DNA of 58,665 bases, counting the filler, from Dugesia japonica (Eukaryota): the NCBI GenBank assembly GCA_001938525.1. It is 5 parts of 5 records of this genome, joined end to end, with 100 filler letters (N's around TTAATTAATTAA, not from the genome) between each part and the next. Parts side by side here need not be neighbours in the genome. Positions count along the whole stretch, not along the records: positions 46,942 to 58,665 come from MQRL01586495.1; 4 more parts are not named here. The stretch is one strand, 5' to 3'. Below, piece after piece: positions 49,140 to 58,665 of this stretch (the first letter of the stretch is position 1; every line of letters starts with the position of its first letter). The notes beneath the pieces were generated by a model. The model was not told the origin of the DNA and did no database searches. It worked only from the letters and a program-made list of their open reading frames with translations. Both the position numbers and the translations under genes were made by a program.

Positions 49140-52100
49140 ATGCAAGAAAATGAAAGATTAAGACAACGAGTAAATCAAAACAAGGGACAAGTCAATTTAG
49201 TACATCAAAATACTTTCGACAATGTGTATCACAAGGTGCAACAGGAAAACGATTGGCTCAAGTGGCAAAACCAAGACTTGCAGGTACAGCAGGAGAGACT
49301 GGCCAAAAGGAACTTGTTAAACGAACCACATAAGAATCAGTGTAATATGGTTAGGACACACAGGCAGATTTATAATCAACATGACGAAACAATAGAAGTC
49401 ACCAAAACGGAAGATACGCGAAAACGAATATTTATCACGTCACCGGAATTCGAGTGGACCGAAGAGATCATCTATAAAACAATAAAAACGTCAGTAACAA
49501 CCACCGGTAGAAGAAGAGTGATGAACCAGTTACTTCAATTATATCAGCACCCACAAGTACACGCAAAGGTAAAAGCTAACTGGCAAAAAACAATATCGGA
49601 TTATATCGCCGAGCTGTATAAAGAAACCCAGTTAGACGATTATGAGTTTGAAATTCAATATGTATGGCATAACAACCCGGAAGTCATTTTAAAACGGCTA
49701 AAATTACACCTAAAAAGTACGACACTTGAAAGGAGCACTTAGCGAAATAAAATGGGATAAAGTAAACCCGTCCCTCGAATCACCACCATTTAACGAGCAG
49801 CAGCAATGGAATGGGAAGTGGATTAAGCACCGATTGCAACTAGGGAATATAGGAATCAATATTCTTCCCGATGACAAGAACCTAATTTATTACGGGGCAC
49901 GACCTCATGAAACTACAGTAATCAAATTGATAAATTGGGATTTGGTATCCCGAGCATAAATGGTAATCCAAGAAATAGAAACAGACGAGTTATATCATAA
50001 TCTCGAAGAAACATTCCTAAAGAAAATAGTTCCCCTCCAGGCTCAAAACTACATGCGTAAAAGATTGGGAAAAATAAGGCTAATAGACTATCCAGAATTG
50101 GAACAAGCCGAAGCGTCACGGTTATCCTTAGCCCGAATTGATGAGATACAGGTAGCAGCTCAGAAACTCCATGATACGATAAAGAAAGAAGTATACCTAA
50201 AGTTGACAAATCAATTGGTTGAATTATTGGAAGTTATACAACTGATCACCGAGTGCGAAAGCGATTGGACAGAATGGTTACCAGTGCATTATGAGTGGGT
50301 AATATCCAACATGGGATTATCAGATTACCAAGTATGGCTATATAACCCGGAAGGAAATATGAAACTGACGCTCACAAGATTAATGGTAGAGGATCTAGAA
50401 GCGGCGTTTAATCAAGCCGGTTATCCATGCATAACCGATAAATATGTATGCACTCCAAGTGCTATCGTAGATTTTAATGCCGGAAAGAAACATCTATATG
50501 ATTTTGGAGTAAAACCAGGAGAGGACATTGAAATCGTAGTATTGGACAAACACCATGGTATCAACTACGACATCTGGATAACAAAATCCGGACGATCAGC
50601 TTTAGAAATCATGGGAGAAATGGAGTATCTATATAAACAAGGGGTAGAGCCGATTAAAATCAAAATAATTTCCACTGTACTCGGGAAGAAGGATAAACTG
50701 ACAAAGGAGGAGAGGAAGCAGTTATTAATGACGCATAATGATTTTCTCAAACAACGATTAGAGAGAAGAGAAGGCAATTGCAACATGATAAGAATGTGGC
50801 AAATGCCATCAAGAGAAGTGGTAGCAATGCGAAAAGTGGAAGAAATGGTTCACCGAGTACAGATAGAGAGGGAGAAGTTCCCTCAAGAGACCTATTGGAT
50901 GATAATGAATAGAATCTACGACATATATGACGGACTAGAAATACCGGAGGAAATCGAGAACCAGTCGCTCATGATTAAACAAAAGTATGCCGAAGAAATA
51001 TTGGCGACTACAAAAATTCAAGATTATAAATTATATTTAAATATCGGGGAAAATGAACAGGAAGTGACTAAATATAGTCGATTTAAACCACAAGGAATAA
51101 CCATGATGGATTTAANNNNNNNNNNNNNNNNNNNNNNNNNNNNNNNNNNNNNNNNNNNNNNNNNNNNNNNNNNNNNNNNNNNNNNNGTTGAGACCGACGA
51201 CGAGGACAAACACATATTTCAATGCCACGCAAAGCCCGGAGAAATATGTGAGTTAGATATAGACGAGGAGCCGCGGACGGATCAATCACCGGATCTCAAG
51301 GAGCAAATGGAAGAGATAACAGAACTATACGTATCCGAAGTATTGTCCGGCATAAAGGAACACGTAAAAGAAAGTCAGAAAATACAGAATATTGATAACT
51401 TGCCAATAACCACCACCAAATCAGTTGTATTTCCGGAAGGGACGCCAACAATACGCGATATTGGGGTGAACTACACAAAACCGATAACCGAGGAATCCGC
51501 TACGTTTCACGCTATCAACAACCTATTAAGAGTAACACGAGAAACTCGACCAGTCGTGAATATCAAAGTATATTGGAAGATGACGAATAACTTACGGAAT
51601 TTGGCAATCTATGGACAACTCAGCTTGTGGGCTCAAGCACAATGGTGGAAAGAGATAACCTTATACGAAGATGAAGTACAAAATACATCCACCATATCCG
51701 ACTATTCTATTAGAGTCAGCCTCCTTAATAAAAAGGGAAGCATAAAAAAGGTAGATATGATAACGCTGGAAGGATTAACGGTCAACCATATCATAAAACC
51801 AATCAAGAAATGGCTATGGCCAAAATCGCTCAAGTCTTATAAAATGGAGGCAGGAGCAACAATGATCATATTAGCAGAGAAGGAGGATCACATCTTCTTA
51901 CATGATATCAAACCAGGAGAGATCACAGAAATAAAATTAACACCACGTAAAATGACCATCGACATCCCGATACCAAAAACACCGGATACCGACCAACTCA
52001 TATTCAATATGATGAGCCTATATCTACAAGAAATACTACCAGTAGAGAATGAACGACTTATAAACACTTATGGAGAAAACAAAGTCCAGGTAAACATGGT

Positions 52101-54650
52101 TCGGGATAATGACCATGACACCACAGATCTAACATCAGATGAAGAGGAGCTGGAGGAAGAAATCTCGGAGGATATTGGCCAACCCCGGTTGTTACCATTT
52201 AAACATAAATTCGCTGGTCCTTTCAGCTCCCATCAGGCAGAGCAGATATCGAAGATAATATCTGATTTCTGTAATTTCCAGGAAAGTATACCTAGGGCAG
52301 CATTTTGGAAAGCATTAAATTTACTAATGGATCTGGCAAAATATACTGAAATAGCAAAGGAAGAATGTGCCAAATAGGAGTCAGTAATCAAGTTGTATGT
52401 TGGTGCAGTGAAAACAAGTGCCAGAGGAGAAGACTTTCAAGTCACGATATCTGAGGAAAGAACCAGAATTGGCTGTCATTCACATACCACATTGAGATTT
52501 ACTATAAAGTTTGAAGGAAAACAACATTTAATGGACGCAGGATTGAGACTCGGAGAAAATACATTTCTTCAAATACAGAAACCAGAGGATTGCATCCCAG
52601 GACCATTAAAATCTATGAAGGAAGTAATACAGCAACTAGAGGAGTTGTACGAACAAGAAATCAACAATGATAAGTTATTTGAAGAAGTCAACAATAGAAC
52701 AATGGAGATAAATATTGAGTTATGGGAAGACAGTAAAACATGAGGAAGTCTGGCGCGAGTAATAATGAAAATACTCTTAACCTTGGAAGAAAACTTGGAA
52801 CTATTAAGACATGACAAAGTCATTCAATTAGTTCTAAAGCTAAATCAATTACGAGCTATAAGTCAAATGCCTGAAGACATAATGGATGCAATATTAAATA
52901 AAGCAGTTCGAATGATAACCAATGAAGCCGTCACGGTAACAATCAGATTTCCCGACGAAAGTGAAATTCGTTGGCAGGTCCAAATGAACGAACCATGGGC
53001 TAAGTTGCAGAAGAAGATTGTAAAATTTATGAATCAACAACGTAGCCTTAACGAGGAGAAAACTAGAGTGCAAACATCAGTTCAGGAAGACGACATAGTA
53101 CTCTATTACAACCACGTAATAGAATCAGACCAAATGAGATTGCCAGTAAAATATATGGGGGTTTGACCAGGTACTAAATTAAAATTTTATGTAACATCAA
53201 GGGAGGAGAAGAGACGACGCCTACGGGTCTCGGAGGAAAAATGAAAGCAGGAAGCTAGGGAATTAGTGGAATATTACATAGAAGAAATAAATCCATTAAT
53301 ATTCACTAGAGCCAAGCTCCCTAAACAAGAGCAAAATAAACAACGAGTAGAGATGGTAGCAGCTCCGACTAACACCCCGGTCAAAGACGAGAAACCGGAA
53401 GACAATATACCGAAATTGTTTGAATTACTGGTAGGCGATAAGTTAATAAAACCGGAAATCATACGACGATGCAATATAGCCTTACAACAAGATCTAGCCG
53501 TAGAAGATCTTAGAAAATTGCGACGAGTAATACTAGCCATCAAAGTAGCACATGTATGAGATCCAGTTCAGTTCAGTAAGATTCCGGTTAAATGGCGGAA
53601 AGCAGAGATGGGCCAGACCACGCCATTAGAAGTCAAATTCAGAATAATCGATCCAGAGGGGGATAAAGTCACAATTAGGATACCAGTATATAATACAATC
53701 AAGCACCTACGGGATAAGCTACCATTTAAGCCACCATACAAACTCTTGGGTGAAGATGGAATAGTGGAAGATACCACTCCGATTGAACTGATGAAAATAG
53801 ATTTAGTTAAACCTAATACGTTGTGGATTTTTCCCGAATTGGGAGGTACTCTCACTCGTAAAGACGCAGATCCTTTTGAAGCAGTAGATAAAACCAGACC
53901 AATAATGGGAGAGGCCTCAGGTATGTTAAAAGCATATAAACACCGCACATAACTAGCGGCTAGTCAAATATTAAGACCTACAACCGATCAATCAGGAAGT
54001 GCAGAAGCATCCCGAGAAACTAAAGAAACTCCTAAAACAAGCCAAGATTGGGATCATTGAAACAAAAACGATTAACGACATCCATAAATCATCAAACTAA
54101 GCGATTAGCAACGGTATCACAAGAGAGATACCACGAAAAATCGACAGATGATGACATACCAACCGAATTAGTAATACGGCAGTTACTGCTAATGTTGTAT
54201 CCGGAATTAAAAATATGGATTGGGAAATTTCAACTATCAGATAATCTCAGACCACTGGCAAAGAAATAGAAGCAGCCATTAAGAAATTCCCTGCCATTAA
54301 AGGTACTAGTCTTTGTACCAGAGATAATTTTGAAGGAGTCATGGACGAATTATTACAAGATCAGCCAGCCAAGGATAGTAGTATCCATAACACATCTGAT
54401 TAATCAAACACATCTATCAATCGCAAGAAGCAAGCCGTCAAAAAATTTCATTCTAGGTAAACTACCAATAGTGGATCTAATGCAGAACAAGATAGTGCCG
54501 TTAATAAAACAGCATGGGGGATGGAAAAAGTTCATTGAGGCTATATGCCCTAAACCTCAGCCATCTCATGAAAATGCAACTAGAGTAATCAGGATTGTCC
54601 GGGATCAGTTAAATGAGATCGAGAATGGATGGACACGCGGGCCCCGCCAA
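49140..54650 (+). pseudogene. Accessory polyprotein region: ubiquitin/SUMO-like repeats, possible CARD-like domains, Bcl-2-like domain
   Basis: ORFs from 49726 to 53952 share one reading frame and are separated only by stop codons. Repeated DY...KPGE units, a UBL ending LWIFPELGG, and IKQHGGWKKF. Confidence 0.65.
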
Positions 54651-54656
54651 AATTCA

Positions 54657-55100
54657 TGGCAAGCGTTAACCACTACAATACTCTTGTTATTCTTAATGAT
54701 GGGCAGAGGTGAAGCCATACTAGCATACGATTGCGATGGAATGCAAGTTGGGAAAGAGGTATTCTCATTAGTGGATACAGAGGAATGTCCAGATGCAAAC
54801 CCGGAAAATATCTCACTCCGTAACAATTCCATTTATCATCTATATCAGGAGTCAGATTATTATAAGGCCCAAATACGCGAATGTACGGTAACGGTAAAAA
54901 CGTTCATATTTCATTGCGGATAACATAGTTATACATCAATAATCGACCCAAAAACGGTGAGACATCCGGTACATTAGCAATGGCGGTTACAAACCCCGAT
55001 AGTGTCACTTCACTACTCCCGTTGGAAAAAGGACAATTCGGTCGAGTGGTCGGAGAAGTAATGTACCTATACAAATGCAAAGCCATAGATGCTGAGTTCT
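54657..55100 (+). pseudogene. env: Internally deleted chuvirus-type envelope glycoprotein
   Basis: Signal peptide TTTILLLFLMMGRGEA, then ILAYDC...FSLVDTEEC...HLYQ...ECTVTVKTFIFHCG*HS. In another frame: LAMAVTNPD...GQFGRVVGEVMYLYKCKAID. Confidence 0.75.
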
Positions 55101-55379
55101 CGTCTAAAAGGAGAAAGCACACCAGCACCAGTACAAATGTATTATAACGCCTATCCGCAGCATGGTTGGCCACCCATGAACCAACAACCCTAACAAGTAT
55201 GGGCACCAGGTCCCATGTACAACAATCCGTATATAAGCCCGCCACAAGCCCCGAATATGGCGCTATTAACAGGAAGCAATATATCAATTATGGACCGAAG
55301 AGTAATCGAGCAAAACTTGCGCGCTCCAAATAACCCAATTACTGAGTATGATAAGTTAGAAACACAGACTGTATGTATG

Positions 55380-55730
55380 ATGATTTCCCAGAAAGCAAAA
55401 TTATTACAGAAAAGGATAAAGATCGACGGAAGATGGGTAATAGCTATTATCGATACAGGAGCAAGTACAACGCTAGTCCAAAAAAGAAAATTAGAAGATT
55501 ATCGACTACTTAGAATAACAATAACTAAAGGAGTTATCATCACTGCCTCCGGAGAAAAAATCTCACCCTAGGGAGAAGCAATATGCGCAATAGAAAGCAA
55601 CGGAACCCGGCTCTGGCATAAACTGCAAATAATGAACGAATTAACATTCGACTGTCTATTGGGGTTGGACCTCTTGTCACGCCTTTGTCCGGAGGGAATA
55701 TTGGATTTGAGAGAACTAACGATACGGGAA
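55380..55730 (+). pseudogene. First retropepsin-like aspartic protease
   Basis: IKIDGRWVIAIIDTGASTTLV...ITASGEKI and FDCLLGLDLL, with one in-frame stop at 55569. Confidence 0.88.
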
Positions 55731-56027
55731 AATTACGATCAGGAGTATGCCCCGGTAGGGTATCAGAGAACTCGAATAATAACCAAACAGAAACGACCAC
55801 AACACTGGAATCAGCCAACACCCAACCGGCTGCAGCAACGCTCAACGGGCCGAAACGAACAAAATAACTCGAATCAAGATTGTCGGAAAATCACTCATAC
55901 AGCCACCATGATAAGGGACGATTGGATAAGGTTTCAAGAACGAGAACCAAGATGAAAAAACCAATCAAAATCAAACCCCAGTCATAACCCTTCAGATGTA
56001 GTATGCACAAGCCTCAACGGCGGACCA

Positions 56028-58573
56028 ATGCTAACCATTATGGTTAAAATAAACGGCCGACACATAACAGCCCTATTGGACACAGGAGCAACCAAATCGT
56101 TGCTGCCAATAGATGAAATTGCGATAACCGATTACAAAAACATATTACCTACGAACACTATAGTGGATGTGGCAAATGGTAGTAGCCTCAAGATTTTTGG
56201 AGAATTAGCCTGTGAAGTCGAATATCAGGATAACAAAATTAAACACAATATGATCATAGTAAAAATGATGGAACAGTGTATACTAGGAACAGACATTCTT
56301 CCCGTCCTGATGAAAAACGTTATATTAAACTTCTCAACATTACGGTTACAATCATTGGAGGGGTATGCCCATGTGAAAGATCAGGAAGTATTCACCACAG
56401 AAAAAATCTTGGTGCCTAGTAGATGTCAAGTATATTGTGTAGTCAGTACCAAAAGTGCATATAAAGGAGATTGTTATTTCGAACCGTATGACGGATTTGC
56501 ACACCAGTACGAGCTACCCACAGCAGGAGGAATAACCACGGTCAACAAAAGTGGGGAAGTACCAGTTAGTTTGATCAACTTCACGGAAAAAGATATCAAA
56601 ATCAAACCTAACTCTAGGATGGGTACACTAACCCCCATCGAACCAGAGCCCGACGGGATAGAAGAAGTAGTCGCTGAACCGGAAATCGACAGAACGTTTA
56701 AAGTAGAGACGGAAACTTTGTCGGAGGGTCAGAAACAAGCAATACTGCAACTGCTGGAGGAATTTAGAGACATTTTTGCATGGACTGATGAAAATTTGGG
56801 TATGTGCACAGCGACAAGGCACACAATTCCACTAACAGACGAAACGCCATGCAAACAGAAGCCATATGCCATGACGGTAGAGAAAAAAGAGTTTGCAAAT
56901 AAGGAAACGGCCAAATTAGTAAAAATTGGGGAAATAGAACCTAGCTGCTCACCGTGGCAGTCACCAGTGGTAATGGTCGATAAAAAAGATGGGACACAGC
57001 GATTCTGTATCAATTACAGAAGACTGAATGCCCAGACTAAGAAAGACACTTATCAATTGCCAGATATCAATGAACTATTGCAACTGTTGTGTAACGCTAA
57101 AATATTTATCACGCTGGATTTGCGAAGCGGTTACTGGCAAATAGAAATCAAACCAGAAGATAGAAAGAAAACCGCCTTTTCTACAGGCAAAATTTGTATC
57201 AGTTCATCCGTATGCCATTCGGACTTACTAATGCACCAGCCTCATTCCAACGAATGATGAATTACGTAACTCACGGCATATCTCAATGTATAGCCTATAT
57301 CGATGATATACTAATCTTTTTGCCAACCTTTGAAGGGCACCTAAATGACTTGCGTAGTGTGTTTGTACGATTACGTAAAAGGAATCTAAAAGTGAAACCC
57401 ACCAAATGCGAATGGGCCAAGAATAAAGTAACATATTTAGGTCATTTAATATCGGATAAAGGAAAAGAGCCCGATCCACGAAATACCGAGAAGATACGAA
57501 ATCTAGCACCGCCAAATTGCGTGCTCAAAATACAAGAATTTCTCGGTCTCGCGAACTATTATCGATAATTCATTAAGGATTTCACTAAAATTGCGAAGCC
57601 GATGCAGGAACTGGTCAAACAAGATACTGCCTTTATATGGGGGCTGGAACAACAACAGTCATTTGAAACATTACGAGACAAATTATTAACTGCACCAATT
57701 CTGGTACACCCAGATTTCAAGAAGCCATTTATATTAGCCACTGACGCTAGTGGATACGCGATGGGTGCAGTTTTGAGCCAACTAGATGAACAAGGAAGAG
57801 AACGAGTAATTGCATATTTTAGCAAGAAATTTTAAGGAGCAGATTTAAATTACAGCACAACAGAACGAGAGATAATGGCTATTGTGAAAGCCACTAAACA
57901 TTTTCGATCACTTATACATGGTCACGAGGTGGTAATCTATACGGACCACTTACCAATTACGTTCATGGCGCAGAAACCATTACGATGGAATAGAATGGCC
58001 AAGTGGTAACTGGCAATGCAGGATTATTGTCCTCTGTTAAAGTTTAAAACGGGTAAAGCAAACTCAAATGCTGACTGCCTGTCCAGAATCGGTGGACCGG
58101 AAACTACGGAGAATGCACCAGAAAGTACAGAAACGTTCATATTGCTAGAATTATAGGAGAAAAAAGTAGGAATGGTATATTTCATACTAGCGGAAGATAG
58201 AAATTTTGATGGACTAAAGCAAGCACAGGCTGATGATGATGAGATAAAGATCATTATGAAATACATGGAAAATTACAATTTAGAAAAGTTAGAATGTGAA
58301 CTTAAGATGAAGGAACACCTAAAGAAAAATGGTGGTTGGTATGCACTTACCAAAGGATGGTTGACAGTGTTAGCTATCACTAAAGCAAGGCGGGATAAAA
58401 TACTTGAACAATATAACAATGGAGTACTCGTTGGACACATGTCTCACAAGAAAACCGAATTCAAGTTAAGACAGAAATATTACTGGCCACATATGACGGA
58501 ATCTGTGAAGGAATGGATTGATAAATGCCAAATATGTGCTGCCAGGAGAGAAACGGGCTTTCCTCTTGATTGA
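56028..58573 (+). pseudogene. pol: pol: second protease, RT, RNase H and integrase zinc finger (disrupted, truncated)
   Basis: ALLDTGATKS...CILGTDIL; SPWQSPVVMVDKKDG, LDLRSGYWQI, RMPFGLTNAPASFQR, YIDDILI; ATDASGYAMGAVLSQ; GHMSHKKT...YYWPHM...CQIC. Several frameshifts and stops; the integrase core is absent. Confidence 0.97.
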
Positions 58574-58665
58574 TAAAGGTACTCAGACAAGCCGCTCCTG
58601 AGTTATCATATCTACTAATTTGTTGCCTTTAATAAATTATTTTGTTTGCATCTTCTATAATTTGT

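Larger units (their letters stand above)
47300..58573 (+). mobile_element. Large decayed Ty3/Gypsy LTR retrotransposon with accessory cargo and an env-like gene between gag and pol
   Basis: Abrupt shift to A/G-rich coding composition. Order: gag, CCHC knuckle, cargo, glycoprotein, PR, PR, RT, RH, IN. LTRs were not identified and the left boundary is approximate. Confidence 0.92.

Noticed and set aside
56390-56640. dUTPase call for the segment after the second protease
   Set aside because: It is the beta-rich spacer commonly seen between PR and RT in Gypsy elements, and the dUTPase catalytic motifs are absent.
48315-58266. Numerous minus-strand ORFs over the Gypsy element
   Set aside because: They are antisense shadows of the A-rich plus-strand coding frame with no independent motifs.

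Overview
AT-rich draft genome of an invertebrate animal; the host cannot be identified from this window. Four 100-bp spacers (N44-TTAATTAATTAA-N44) show that five separate scaffolds were concatenated, so nothing should be inferred across them. Scaffold 1 (1-9380) holds part of a spliced HERC1-like gene (WD40 then RCC1-like), with nested hAT elements in a 3.8-kb intron. Scaffold 2 (9481-22631) holds two decayed Ty3/Gypsy pol remnants, the last exon of a two-pore-domain K+ channel, a mariner inside a foldback element, and a minimal hammerhead ribozyme. Scaffold 3 (22732-36523) is virus-like: a compact TBP-like pseudogene, small orphan ORFs, and a Polinton/Maverick (adintovirus-like) block with a double-jelly-roll capsid, a PLA2-integrase fusion and the start of a packaging ATPase. 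Scaffold 4 (36624-46841) holds two exons of a voltage-gated proton channel lacking the first S4 arginine, two more hammerhead motifs and DNA transposon relics. Scaffold 5 (46942-58665) holds the most notable item, a decayed large Ty3/Gypsy element. Its apparent single polyprotein carries about 6 kb of cargo between gag and pol: an array of ubiquitin/SUMO-like domains, possible CARD-like helical domains, a Bcl-2-like domain, a chuvirus-type glycoprotein with signal peptide, and two tandem aspartic proteases. All domain calls are motif recognition by eye and need HMM or structure confirmation.
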